NCBI GenBank assembly: GCA_021325515.1
Contig: JAJPHC010000013.1
Span: 1 to 64,000, forward strand
Source of the DNA: Acidobacteriota bacterium
GTDB lineage: Bacteria; Acidobacteriota; Thermoanaerobaculia; Gp7-AA8
Length of the DNA: 64,000 nt
Direction of reading: 5' to 3'
In this document: one piece after another, positions 41,917 to 51,780 of the stretch
Layout: every line of letters starts with the position of its first letter
Numbering within the stretch: position 1 is the first letter of the stretch
The notes under the pieces: model-generated
The model's database searches: none
What the model saw: only the letters and a program-made list of their open reading frames with translations
Told to the model about the DNA's origin: nothing
Made by a program: the position numbers and the translations under genes

Positions 41917-42477
41917 ATGACGGCGGATCTGATGCTGCTGCCGGCGACTCTGCCCATGGAACGGACCGCGCCTCCGCAGCGCGCGCCGAGACCCATGGAT
42001 GAGGCACGCTTCGAGGCGTTCTACCGCGCGCACGCCGGAAGCCTCTGGTCCTACATCTACCGGCTGACGGGCAATCGCGACGTCGCCGACGATCTGCTCC
42101 AGAAATCCTTCTTCCGTTTTCTCCGCGCGAACCCACCGGCGGCGAATGAGGATCATCAGCGCCGCTATCTGTATCGGACGGCGACGAACCTGGCGTTCGA
42201 TCATTTCCGCGAGACCAAGAAGGAACGAGGGCGTGAAATCGCCGATGCCGGCATACGCGTGCACGAGTCGGCGGATCTTCGTCACGACATGATGCGCGTG
42301 TTCGCGGAGCTCAAGCCGCAGGAGCGCGTGCTGCTGTGGCTCGCGCACGTCGAGGAGTCCGATCATCAGGAGATCGCCGAGACTCTCGGCCTGAAGACGA
42401 AGAGCATCAAGGTGCTGCTCTTCCGCGCGCGCAAGAAGCTCGGCGAGATCCTGAAGAAGAAAGGGCTCGCGTCATGA
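41917..42477 (+). CDS. RNA polymerase ECF sigma factor
   Basis: Sigma-70 region 2 (LLQKSFFRFL..YLYRTATNLAFDHFR) and region 4 (ESDHQEIAETLGLKTKSIKVLLFRARKKL). Confidence 0.85.
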   Translation: MTADLMLLPATLPMERTAPPQRAPRPMDEARFEAFYRAHAGSLWSYIYRLTGNRDVADDLLQKSFFRFLRANPPAANEDHQRRYLYRTATNLAFDHFRETKKERGREIADAGIRVHESADLRHDMMRVFAELKPQERVLLWLAHVEESDHQEIAETLGLKTKSIKVLLFRARKKLGEILKKKGLAS

Positions 42478-42956
42478 ACGACGTCTGCCGCCGTGAGCCT
42501 GACGTCCGCCGCGCTGCTGCAACGAATGGTTGGAGCAGCGAGCTGAGGAGCCACGCGGAGTCGTGTCCCGACTGCGCGGCGGCCGCCGCGGTCTCACCGT
42601 GGATGGCCCAGTTTGCCGCGCTTCCCGATCGCGAGCACAGGCTTCCCGACCCTTCTGTCGTGTTTCTCAAGGCGCGTCTGCTGCAGAGCACCGCCGTCGC
42701 GGAGCGCGCCATGCGGCCGATGACATCGCTGCAGGTGGCCGCCTATCTGATCGTCGCCGCGGGTTGGGCGGCGATGCTCACATGGAAGTGGGGAATGATC
42801 GACGCCTGGCTCCACCGCTTTTCCCCGGCCCGCATGGTCCTCGGCGCCACTTCCGATTCGGCGGCATCGCTCTCGATCACCTTCTTCGCCGCCCTCCTCG
42901 TTCTCTCCTCGGTCACCATCATGGTCGCGCTGCACACGATCATGGCAGACGAGTGA
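42474..42956 (+). CDS. putative membrane anti-sigma factor
   Basis: Start overlaps the sigma gene stop (ATGA). N-terminal zinc-finger-like C..H..C..C (CRRE...HAESCPDC) and TM helices. Confidence 0.55.
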   Translation: MNDVCRREPDVRRAAATNGWSSELRSHAESCPDCAAAAAVSPWMAQFAALPDREHRLPDPSVVFLKARLLQSTAVAERAMRPMTSLQVAAYLIVAAGWAAMLTWKWGMIDAWLHRFSPARMVLGATSDSAASLSITFFAALLVLSSVTIMVALHTIMADE

Positions 42957-42971
42957 AGGCTGCTGCCTGCC

Positions 42972-43715
42972 TCAATAGCTTCCCCACAGCAGCACGCGCT
43001 TGTACGTGTAGAAGTACGGGCGGTCGTCGCCGAGGATGGGGAGGAGGCGCTGGGTGTAGGTGTCGAGGAATCGAGTGAACTCGGCGTCGCTCATCCGCTG
43101 CTGATAGTCGGTGAGCAGTGAACCGCGGACCCACTCGACGACGTCGCGCGGCTCTTCGAGAAGATGCCCGTAGACCTGCAGTTTCACATGCTGCCGGGCG
43201 AAGCCGAGGCGGTGCAGGATGCGTGCGTACCCATCGACAGGGAGAACGGACGAGATGCGCGGCGCGTGGCCGAGCTCGCGCGCGACGTCCCGCGCGACGG
43301 AGTGCGAAGCGTGATCCTCGTTCGATGGCATCTGCACCGCGAGCTGCCCATCGGGCGCAAGGAAGCTGGCGAGTTTGCGGAAGAGCGTCGGGTGATCTCC
43401 AACCCAGTGCAGCGCTGCGTTAGAGAAGACGAGATCGAACGGCCGGTCGGCGGCAAACGCTTCGATGTCGCCCTTCGCAAAACGAACGGCCTCGCTGCCG
43501 AATGCCGAGGACTTGAGAAGCATCGTCTCCGAGTTGTCGATGCCGAGCGTTTCGGTCGCACCGAGCGTCTCGTGCAGGATGCGCGTCAGCTCGCCCGTGC
43601 CGCAGCCGAAGTCGGCCACGTGCATCCGCGGACGCCTCTCGATCAGCGCGACGAGGTCGTGAAACGGCTGCGCGCGCTCGGCCTTGAATCGTTCGTACTG
43701 ATCAGGGTTCCACAT
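42972..43715 (-). CDS. tam: trans-aconitate 2-methyltransferase-like SAM-dependent methyltransferase
   Basis: MWNPDQYERF start typical of Tam. SAM motif I DFGCGTGE. Confidence 0.8.
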   Translation of the reverse strand: MWNPDQYERFKAERAQPFHDLVALIERRPRMHVADFGCGTGELTRILHETLGATETLGIDNSETMLLKSSAFGSEAVRFAKGDIEAFAADRPFDLVFSNAALHWVGDHPTLFRKLASFLAPDGQLAVQMPSNEDHASHSVARDVARELGHAPRISSVLPVDGYARILHRLGFARQHVKLQVYGHLLEEPRDVVEWVRGSLLTDYQQRMSDAEFTRFLDTYTQRLLPILGDDRPYFYTYKRVLLWGSY

Positions 43716-43737
43716 GATTCGCGAGGGGGAACGAAGC

Positions 43738-44351
43738 TCACGACGCGATCCCATTGCGGAGAATATCAGCTACCTCGCGCACCATCTCCGCGGAGCTCTT
43801 GCCGAACGGCTCCGGGACGCCGAAGAGCAGCTCCATCTGGAAATAGTTGAAGAAGATCCGCGATGCGAGCAGCAGCGCGGAGCGGGGGGAAACGCCCGGG
43901 CGCAGGCGCGTGCCCATGTCGTCACCCTGCGTCCGCTGCTCTTCGATGAACGCCGCGAAGCGATCGGCCATCCCGGCGTAGAAATCGCGAATGTGCTCGC
44001 CGCCGAACTCGATCACGTCCACGAAGAAGAGGGCCTGATAGTCGCGGTACTGGCGCACGCTGTCGCGCGCCGCATAGCCGAGCTGTTCGAGGTTGTTGGG
44101 AAAGAGCCCGGTGCGGATCGCGCGATAGAAGGGGAAACGCGGCTGATCGGTGATCTCGCGGTATTCGTCGATCAGGGAGCGGAAGATCGACTCCTTGTCC
44201 GGAAAGTGATGATAGAGCGCGCCAACCGAGACCCCGGCCTGCTCGGCGATTTCGCGAACGCTCGCCGGCCCGTAGCCTTTCTGCGAGAAGAGCCGCAACG
44301 CCGCATCGAGCACCTGCCGCCGGCATCGCTCCGACTTGTCTTCTCTTTGCA
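43738..44351 (-). CDS. TetR/AcrR family transcriptional regulator
   Basis: N-terminal HTH (ASVREIAEQAGVSVGALYHHFPDKESIF). Only the C-terminal 204 aa of the 639-aa track ORF are real. Confidence 0.85.
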
Positions 44352-44469
44352 TTTGGACGGACCCGGAAATATCGAGGCAAGCATAATCCAAAATCATCGC
44401 TCGGAAATAGGCATTGGAATTCGTCACAAAAATGAATGATACAATTGCAAAAACCACGGAGGTGGGACC

Positions 44470-45723
44470 GTGGCCCTCAACGCATCCGATACCGCCTGGC
44501 TCTTCGTCGCAACGGCTCTCGTGCTGATGATGACTCCCGCTCTCGGCTTCTTCTACGGCGGGATGGTGCGCTCGAAAAACACCCTCAACACGCTGATGAT
44601 GAGCTTCTCCGCGCTCGGCTTCGTCGGTCTGGCGTGGGCCCTTTTCGGCTACTCGGTCGCGTTCGGACGCGCTTCGCAATGGTGCGGAGGGGGAGAGTAC
44701 TTCTTCCTCCGCGGCGTGACGCTCGACGCGCAGGGAACGATTCCGCATCTCCTCTTCTTCGCCTATCAGGGAACGTTCGCCGTGATCACGGCCGCGCTCA
44801 TCTCCGGCGCGATCGTGGAGCGGATGCGCTTCGGTCCCTACATCGTGTTCATCACGCTCTGGTCGCTCTTCGTCTATGCGCCGGTCGCACACTGGGTGTG
44901 GGGCGCGGGCGGATTTCTGGCGAAGCTGGGCGCACTCGATTTCGCGGGAGGTACCGTTGTCCACATCAATGCAGCTGCTGCGGCGCTGGTTTGTGCACTG
45001 CTCGTCGGGCCGCGGAAGGACTACGCGCGTCAGGCGATGCTTCCGCAGAACGTCCCTTTCACGCTGCTTGGCGCAGGTCTGCTCTGGCTCGGATGGTTCG
45101 GCTTCAACGCGGGAAGCGCACTCGGAGCGAATCGCGCGGCGGCTCTGGCCTTCGTGAACACGATGCTCGCGCCGATGGCGACGCTCGTCTTTTGGACGAT
45201 TCTCGATCTGATGCGGACGCGAAAGGCGACGGCGATCGGCGCGGCGACGGGAATCGTCGTCGGCCTCGTCGCGATCACCCCCGCCGCGGGTTTCGTCAGC
45301 CCGATGTCGGCCATCGTCATCGGCGCCATCGCCGCCTTTCCGAGCTACTTCGCGCTGCTCTATCGAGCCGGGACGCGGCTCGATGACTCGCTCGACGTCG
45401 TCGCCGCGCATGGTGTTGGCGGCGTCGCCGGCGCGCTGCTCACCGGCGTGCTCGCATCGAAAGGATGGAGCGGCGGCGCCGGGTCGGGCTTGATCGACGG
45501 CAACGTCCGGCAGCTCGGCGTGCAGGCGATCGCGATCGTCGTGACGCTGCTCTACAGCACGCTCATGACCGTCGCGATCGTGAAGCTCACCGGCGCGCTG
45601 ACGCCGCTGCGCATGACCGCGCGCGAAGAAGGACTCGGCCTCGACGTCTCGCAGCATGGTGAGGAGGCGTACAGCAGAGGCGAGGGAGCGATTCTGCTGC
45701 TCGATGGGAGGAGGAGCGAATGA
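44470..45723 (+). CDS. amt: ammonium transporter
   Basis: Amt/MEP signature regions. 11 TM helices. Followed by glnK. Confidence 0.9.
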   Translation: MALNASDTAWLFVATALVLMMTPALGFFYGGMVRSKNTLNTLMMSFSALGFVGLAWALFGYSVAFGRASQWCGGGEYFFLRGVTLDAQGTIPHLLFFAYQGTFAVITAALISGAIVERMRFGPYIVFITLWSLFVYAPVAHWVWGAGGFLAKLGALDFAGGTVVHINAAAAALVCALLVGPRKDYARQAMLPQNVPFTLLGAGLLWLGWFGFNAGSALGANRAAALAFVNTMLAPMATLVFWTILDLMRTRKATAIGAATGIVVGLVAITPAAGFVSPMSAIVIGAIAAFPSYFALLYRAGTRLDDSLDVVAAHGVGGVAGALLTGVLASKGWSGGAGSGLIDGNVRQLGVQAIAIVVTLLYSTLMTVAIVKLTGALTPLRMTAREEGLGLDVSQHGEEAYSRGEGAILLLDGRRSE

Positions 45724-46082
45724 AGCTCGTAGTCGCCATCATCAGGCCTGAACGACTGAACGATGTGCTCGAAGAGCTCTTTCACGCGGAAGTCAAAGGG
45801 CTGACCATCTCCCGCGTCCAGGGGCATGGCGGTGAGCTCGAGCGCGTGGAGACCTATCGCGGCACGACCGTGAAGATGGAACTTTCGGAAAAAGTGCGGA
45901 TCGAGATCGGTGTGTCGGATCACTTCGTCGATCCGACGGTCAAGGCAATCATCGACGGCGCGCGGACAGGCGAGGTCGGCGACGGTAAGATCTTCGTACT
46001 CCCCGTGGAACAGGTGTACCGGATTCGGACTGGAGAGACTGACCGCGCCGCGGTGACGCCGGTCGGCGTTCCTCCCGGTTGA
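45720..46082 (+). CDS. glnK: nitrogen regulatory protein P-II
   Basis: P-II fold with T-loop Tyr (ETYRG). Overlaps amt stop (ATGA coupling). Confidence 0.85.
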   Translation: MKLVVAIIRPERLNDVLEELFHAEVKGLTISRVQGHGGELERVETYRGTTVKMELSEKVRIEIGVSDHFVDPTVKAIIDGARTGEVGDGKIFVLPVEQVYRIRTGETDRAAVTPVGVPPG

Positions 46083-46097
46083 TGTTGGAGGTGTCTG

Positions 46098-46541
46098 ATG
46101 AAGCGATTCGCGATCCTCTTGCTCGTTCTGGCGTTCTTCGGATGCGGCGGCTTTGGCGCGGAGAAGCGCTACAAACAATTCGCCGAGGAGATGCTGCACC
46201 GGCGGTATGACGCGGCGGCGGCGATGTGTGAGGGATTGTCGGCGAGCGATCTCGCGCAAGCCGGAACACAGGAGCACATCGGCGCGGGGCCGCAGATGTT
46301 CCAGACGATCTTTCCATCGCGATTCCAAATCGACTCGACGGAGAAGAACGGCGATGACGTGATCCTCCACTCGGTGCAGACCGTGCTGTTCAACCCACCG
46401 GGAGTCGAATCGGCGATGCGGCCTGCGATGTACGCGACGATGAAACAGACGACGACGTTGCGGAAGAGCGGCGGTGAGTGGAAGGTCGTTCGCTTCGAAA
46501 ACGCATTCGAGAAGATGGACTCGGTGACGGCTGGGCGCTGA
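46098..46541 (+). CDS. hypothetical lipoprotein
   Basis: Signal peptide with lipobox FFGCGG. Confidence 0.5.
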   Translation: MKRFAILLLVLAFFGCGGFGAEKRYKQFAEEMLHRRYDAAAAMCEGLSASDLAQAGTQEHIGAGPQMFQTIFPSRFQIDSTEKNGDDVILHSVQTVLFNPPGVESAMRPAMYATMKQTTTLRKSGGEWKVVRFENAFEKMDSVTAGR

Positions 46542-46569
46542 TTGCGCCGCGGTTTATGCTTCCTCCGCC

Positions 46570-47778
46570 TTGCACGATCCCTATGCCTCTCTCCGCAGCC
46601 CTGACTTCCGCAGGATCCTCCTCAGTTATGCGACGGCCACGATCGCGCGCGAAGCGCAGATCGTGGTGGTCGGCTGGCAGATCTATGCGCAGACCGGCGA
46701 TCCTCTGACGCTCGGCCTGATCGGTCTCGCCGAGGCGCTGCCGTTCATCGGAGTGGCGCTGTATGCGGGACATGTGGCCGATCGCGTGACGCGGCGGTCG
46801 ATCGCGATGGCCGGCACGTTCGGACTCATGCTGTCGGCAATCGCGCTGCTGCTCTTCACGCTCGCCGGCTTCACGAGTGTCTGGCCCGTGTATCTCGTGA
46901 TCTTTCTCAGCGGGATCGCGCGCAGTTTCACGCGGCCTGCAGTCACCGCGCTTTCCGCGGAGGTCGTCGATCGCGAGATCTATCCGAATGCGGTCACATG
47001 GCGCAGCTCCACCTGGCAGTTCGCCGCGATCCTCGGGCCGGCCCTCGGCGGGCTCGCGTATGGATTCGTCGGTGCAGAAGGCGCGTACTTCGGCGTGTCA
47101 GTGCTGCTCGCGTTTTCGGTCGCGGCAATCGCCACGGTGAAGCATCGCGTGATGCCGGTAGCGGCCGGCGACGTGCCCATGCGTGAGAGCCTGACGATCG
47201 GCATCCGATTCCTGGTGAAGGATCCTGTGATGCTCGGCGCGATGACGCTCGATCTCTTCGCGGTGCTGTTCGGAGGTGCGGTCGCGCTGCTGCCGGCATT
47301 CGCGAAGATGCTCGAGGTCGGACCGCAGGGACTCGGCGTTCTGCGCGCAGCGCCGGCGGCCGGATCGATTCTCATCGGAGTGTGGCTGGCGCATCGTCCG
47401 CCGATGAAGCGCGCCGGTGTCACGCTGTTCAGCGTCGTTTCGATCTTCGGTCTCCTGATGATCGCGTTCGCACTCTCACGAAATTTCTGGCTCTCGTTTT
47501 TCATCCTCGTCGCGAGCGGCATGGCGGACAACGTGAGCGTGATCATCCGCGGCACCCTGCTGCAGACTCGCACGCCGGCGGAGATGCTCGGCCGCGTGTC
47601 GTCGGTGAATCAGATCTTCATCGGAGCGTCGAACGAGATCGGCGCATTCGAGTCCGGCGTCGCCGCCAGACTCCTCGGCATCATCCCCTCGGTGATCTTC
47701 GGCGGCGTCATGACGCTCGTGGTGGTCGGCGTGATCGCGATGACGGCGCCGCGGCTGCGGGAGTTGAGGGGATTGTGA
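46570..47778 (+). CDS. MFS transporter
   Basis: 12 TM helices. MFS motif A-like GHVADRVTRR. Confidence 0.8.
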   Translation: MHDPYASLRSPDFRRILLSYATATIAREAQIVVVGWQIYAQTGDPLTLGLIGLAEALPFIGVALYAGHVADRVTRRSIAMAGTFGLMLSAIALLLFTLAGFTSVWPVYLVIFLSGIARSFTRPAVTALSAEVVDREIYPNAVTWRSSTWQFAAILGPALGGLAYGFVGAEGAYFGVSVLLAFSVAAIATVKHRVMPVAAGDVPMRESLTIGIRFLVKDPVMLGAMTLDLFAVLFGGAVALLPAFAKMLEVGPQGLGVLRAAPAAGSILIGVWLAHRPPMKRAGVTLFSVVSIFGLLMIAFALSRNFWLSFFILVASGMADNVSVIIRGTLLQTRTPAEMLGRVSSVNQIFIGASNEIGAFESGVAARLLGIIPSVIFGGVMTLVVVGVIAMTAPRLRELRGL

Positions 47779-47912
47779 GATGGGACGGATGGGACCTATG
47801 GGACCTATGGGACCTATAGGCGGAACGCCCGATAACGACAGCTACCTATAGGTCCTATAGGTCCTATAGGTCCCATAGTCCCATCCTCCCATCCGTCCCA
47901 TCCTCCACACCT
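47779..47912. repeat. family-A palindromic tandem-repeat element, copy 2
   Basis: GATGGGACGGATGGGACCTATGGGACCTATGGGACCTATAGG - 24-nt loop - inverted array CCTATAGGTCCTATAGG...CCCATCC. Confidence 0.85.
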
Positions 47913-47949
47913 CGTAGATTTTCTTGACGCCCGCGATACTCTCGACTGC

Positions 47950-48900
47950 GTGCGAGCCATGCTCCTTCGCAAGGCCGGTCAGCCGCTCGAGATGGCTGAG
48001 ATTCCGCTTCGTGATCCGAAGGTGGGTGAGGTGCGGTTGAAGGTGGAGTGCTGCGCGGTCTGCCGCACCGATCTTCATGTCGTCGACGGTGAGCTTCCCG
48101 ATCCGAAGCTGCCGTTGATTCCCGGGCATCAGCTCGTCGGCACCGACGATCGCGGCCGGCGCCTCGGCGTGCCGTGGCTCGGGTGGACTTGTGGCGAGTG
48201 CGTGGACTGCCGGCGAGGCCGCGAGAACCTCTGCGAGAACGCGCGCTTCACCGGCTACACGATCGACGGCGGATACGCGGAGTACGCGATTGCGGATGAG
48301 CGCTTCTGCTTCGAGATCCCCGGCGGTTACTCGCCGGAGGAGGCGGCGCCGCTTCTCTGCGCCGGCCTGATCGGATACCGCGCGTATCGGATGGCGGGAG
48401 ATGCGCGGCGCATCGGCTTCTACGGCTTCGGTTCGTCGGCACAGATCCTGGCGCAGATCGCGCACTCCGACGGGCGTGAGGTCTTCGCGTTCACGCGCGA
48501 TGGCGACCTGGAGGCGCAGGCCTTTGCGCGCCGCAAGGGCGCCGTATGGGCCGGCGACTCGAATGACGCTCCGCCGGAAATGCTCGATGCGGCGATCATC
48601 TTTGCCGCCGCCGGCGAGCTCGTTCCCATTGCGCTGCAACGAGTGGTTAGAGGCGGCGTCGTGGTCTGCGCGGGCATTCACATGAGCGACATCCCATCCT
48701 TTCCCTACTCGCTGCTCTGGGGCGAGCGGGTTCTCCGCTCCGTCGCGAACCTCACGCGCGAGGATGGGGCGGCGCTCTTCGAACGGCTGAAAACGCTGAG
48801 GATCGAGACGGAGCGAGCCCGCTTTCCGCTCGAAAGGGCGAATGAAGCGCTCGCGGCTCTACGATCGGGAGAGCTCACCGGGACGGCGGTGCTCGCATGA
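47950..48900 (+). CDS. zinc-dependent alcohol dehydrogenase family protein
   Basis: Catalytic Zn Cys/His (C..H..) and structural Zn CGECVDC. GxGxxG NAD site (GFYGFGSSA). Confidence 0.85.
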   Translation: MRAMLLRKAGQPLEMAEIPLRDPKVGEVRLKVECCAVCRTDLHVVDGELPDPKLPLIPGHQLVGTDDRGRRLGVPWLGWTCGECVDCRRGRENLCENARFTGYTIDGGYAEYAIADERFCFEIPGGYSPEEAAPLLCAGLIGYRAYRMAGDARRIGFYGFGSSAQILAQIAHSDGREVFAFTRDGDLEAQAFARRKGAVWAGDSNDAPPEMLDAAIIFAAAGELVPIALQRVVRGGVVVCAGIHMSDIPSFPYSLLWGERVLRSVANLTREDGAALFERLKTLRIETERARFPLERANEALAALRSGELTGTAVLA

Positions 48901-49937
48901 GCGCGATCCGAGGCCGCGGTGCGAGCTGGAATCCGCAGAACCAGTTCGAGCCGCTGGAATACGTCCGCGATGAGGATTACGAAGGCGACGACAGCGCGCC
49001 GCGGACGATCTATCTCCGCGATCCGATCCGCTCGATCATCGCCTACAACGACAGCCCGGACGTCGGCTTCGAAGCGAGCATCAATCCCTATCGCGGTTGC
49101 GAGCACGGCTGCATCTACTGCTTCGCGCGCCCGTCGCACGAGTATCTCGGAATGTCTGCCGGTCTCGACTTCGAGACGCGGATCCTCGTGAAGGAAGATG
49201 CGCCTGAGCTGTTGCGCGAAGAGCTGAATGCGAAGTCGTGGAAGCCGCAGGTCATCATGATGAGCGGCGTGACGGATTGCTATCAGCCGGCCGAGCGCAA
49301 GCTCGAGCTGACGCGGCGTTGCCTCGAAGTGCTGGCCGAGTTCCGCAATCCCGTCTCCGTCATCACGAAGAATCATCTCGTGACCCGAGATGCGGATCAT
49401 CTCGCGGAGCTCGCGCAGTTCCATGCGGCGCGCGCCTACGTCTCCATCACGACGCTCGATCCCGAGGTCGCGCGAATCATGGAGCCGCGCGCGTCGACTC
49501 CCGAGTTGCGGCTCGCCGCGATCGAGCATCTTGCGAAGGCCGGCGTGCCTGTCGGCGTCATGGTCGCTCCAGTCGTGCCCGCGATTACCGAGCACGAGAT
49601 GCCGAAGATTCTCGCTGCCGCGCGCGACGCGGGTGCTTCCAAGGCAGGGTTCGTCGTGCTGCGGCTTCCGTGGGCCGTGGCGCCGCTCTTCGAACAGTGG
49701 CTGGAAGAACAGTTTCCCGATCGCAGGGACAAGGTGCTCAACCGCATCCGCGATCTGCGCGAAGGAAAGTTGTACGACTCCTCGTGGAGCATTCGCCAGC
49801 GGGGAAAAGGTACTTTCGCGGAGCAGATTCGTGCGATCTTCGAAGTGACGTGCCGCCGCCTCGGGCTCAATCAGCGGGATGATGAGCTGTCGACCGCTGC
49901 GTTCCGCCGGCGCACGGCGCAAGCCACACTATTCTGA
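48897..49937 (+). CDS. PA0069-family radical SAM protein
   Basis: Cx3Cx2C cluster motif CEHGCIYC. Confidence 0.8.
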   Translation: MSAIRGRGASWNPQNQFEPLEYVRDEDYEGDDSAPRTIYLRDPIRSIIAYNDSPDVGFEASINPYRGCEHGCIYCFARPSHEYLGMSAGLDFETRILVKEDAPELLREELNAKSWKPQVIMMSGVTDCYQPAERKLELTRRCLEVLAEFRNPVSVITKNHLVTRDADHLAELAQFHAARAYVSITTLDPEVARIMEPRASTPELRLAAIEHLAKAGVPVGVMVAPVVPAITEHEMPKILAAARDAGASKAGFVVLRLPWAVAPLFEQWLEEQFPDRRDKVLNRIRDLREGKLYDSSWSIRQRGKGTFAEQIRAIFEVTCRRLGLNQRDDELSTAAFRRRTAQATLF

Positions 49938-49946
49938 GGAGGCCTG

Positions 49947-50432
49947 GTGATCGAAGGAAAGTATGTGCTCGTACTCGAACGCGACGGTTGGGAGTACGTC
50001 GAGCGCAAGCGCGGCAAGGAAGCGGTGATCGTGATCGCGCAGACCGAGGACGGGAAGCTGATCTTCGTCGAACAGTACCGGCGTCCGGTCGACGTCAACG
50101 TCATCGAATGGCCGGCGGGACTGATCGGCGACGACGGCGTCGATGATCCGGCGGAAACCGCGAAGAAAGAGCTCGAGGAAGAAACCGGCTATCGGTGCGA
50201 GCGCGTCGAGTTGATGACGAAGGGGCCGACATCTTCCGGCATCACCTCGGAGATCGTTCACTTCTTTCGCGCATTCGGATTGAAGAAGACAGGCAAGGGC
50301 GGCGGCGTCGGCGAGGAAAAGATCACAGTGCATCTCGTCGATCGCGAGAACGTCCGCGACTGGCTCGCGCAGCGCGAGCGCGAGGGCAACGCAATCGACA
50401 CAAAGGTCTGGGGCGGCCTCTACTTCCTGTAG
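49947..50432 (+). CDS. NUDIX hydrolase
   Basis: Nudix box GX5EX7REUXEEXGU (AETAKKELEEETGY). Confidence 0.85.
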   Translation: MIEGKYVLVLERDGWEYVERKRGKEAVIVIAQTEDGKLIFVEQYRRPVDVNVIEWPAGLIGDDGVDDPAETAKKELEEETGYRCERVELMTKGPTSSGITSEIVHFFRAFGLKKTGKGGGVGEEKITVHLVDRENVRDWLAQREREGNAIDTKVWGGLYFL

Positions 50433-50447
50433 GCCGCTGAGGCCCAC

Positions 50448-50498
50448 CCGTCCCCCTCGCCCCGCAAAGCGGGGAGAGGGGCCAGGGTGAGGGGAACC
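50448..50498 (+). repeat. family-B GC-rich hairpin REP element, copy 2
   Basis: CCCCCTCGCCCCGCAAAGCGGGGAGAGGGGCCAGGGTGAGGGG. Copies at 9487-9536 (reverse) and 55465-55514. Confidence 0.85.
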
Positions 50499-50515
50499 AC
50501 CGGGATAAGCAGAAA

Positions 50516-51454
50516 TCACCACCGCAGAACGATCTTCCCGAAATGTTCCGAAGAAGCCATGAGCCGATGCGCATCGGCAACGCGATCGAACCCCATCACC
50601 TCCGAGACCACCGGCCGCACGCGTCCTTCCCGCAGCGGGTCGCCGAACCGCTCCAGAAACGAAGCCACGAGCGCCGCCTTCTCATGCACCGGCCGCGAGC
50701 GCAACGTCGAGCCGATGATCTGCTGGCGCTTTCCGAGAATCGCAGTCACGTCGATCTCCGCGGTGCGCACGCCGCCCATCGATCCGATCAGCACGACGCG
50801 GCCGCCGGCTGCGAGCGCCTGCAGATTGCGCGGCAGATACGACGCACCGATGTGATCGAGGATCACGTTCACACCTTTCGCGCGCTCGACGAAATCCTCG
50901 CTCTTGTAGTTGATCGCGACGTCGGCACCATGCTCGATGCAGCGCGCGCATTTCTCATCGGAGCCTGCGGTGACGAGCACGCGCATGCCGGCGAGCTTGC
51001 AGAGCGTGATCGCAGCGGTGCCGATGCCGCTGCCTCCGCCGTGAATCAGAACCGATTCACCTTCCTCGATGCGCGCGAGCTGAAAGAGCGTGAGGAAGAC
51101 GGTGAGAAAGACTTCAGGAATCGCCGCCGCTTCTTCGTCGGAGAGCGCGGGCGGCACATGCATCGCTGATCCGGCATCGACGACGACTTCCTGCGCATAG
51201 CCGCCGCCGGCGAGGAGCGCCATCACGCGATCGCCGCGGGCCCATCCGAGGACGTGCTCGCCGGCTTCGCGAACGATGCCGGCGCATTCGAGGCCGAGGA
51301 TTTCCGAAGCGCCGGCAGGAGGCGGGTAGAGGCCCTGGCTCTGCAGGAGGTCGGCGCGATTCACACCCGCCGCGTGCACCGCGATGCGAAGATCGTGAGG
51401 TCCGAGCGGAGGCGCATCGACGTCAGCAATTCGATCGACGACGAAGGCTTTCAT
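50516..51454 (-). CDS. NAD(P)H:quinone oxidoreductase (MDR/zeta-crystallin family)
   Basis: MDR fold. GxGxxG site (IHGGGSGIGTAA). Start at MKAFVVD. Confidence 0.8.
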   Translation of the reverse strand: MKAFVVDRIADVDAPPLGPHDLRIAVHAAGVNRADLLQSQGLYPPPAGASEILGLECAGIVREAGEHVLGWARGDRVMALLAGGGYAQEVVVDAGSAMHVPPALSDEEAAAIPEVFLTVFLTLFQLARIEEGESVLIHGGGSGIGTAAITLCKLAGMRVLVTAGSDEKCARCIEHGADVAINYKSEDFVERAKGVNVILDHIGASYLPRNLQALAAGGRVVLIGSMGGVRTAEIDVTAILGKRQQIIGSTLRSRPVHEKAALVASFLERFGDPLREGRVRPVVSEVMGFDRVADAHRLMASSEHFGKIVLRW

Positions 51455-51468
51455 GACCGATGTGCGGA

Positions 51469-51771
51469 CTACTCGACGTCCCGCACCCATGTCCAGACCG
51501 CGACGGCGCTCGGCATGCCGATCACGCTCGCGGCGAGTGCGATGACCTGATTCATCTCTTCGGCCGTGAGGCCGGCTGCGCGTCCTTTGCGCACGCTGGA
51601 GTGGACCGCCCCCTCGCGCATCGCGCCGATCGCGATCGCGAGCTTGACGAGGCGCTGCGTCTTCTCATCGAGCGGCCCTTCACCGGCGGCCTCGCCCAGC
51701 AGATCCCACGCTTCGCGCAGCTTCGGGAACGTCTCGCTGAATTCGTCGAAAGTTCGCGGCGGTTTGTTCAT
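51469..51771 (-). CDS. carboxymuconolactone decarboxylase (AhpD-like) family protein
   Basis: 100 aa with CMD-family helical pattern. Confidence 0.65.
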   Translation of the reverse strand: MNKPPRTFDEFSETFPKLREAWDLLGEAAGEGPLDEKTQRLVKLAIAIGAMREGAVHSSVRKGRAAGLTAEEMNQVIALAASVIGMPSAVAVWTWVRDVE

Positions 51772-51780
51772 GGTGCAATT

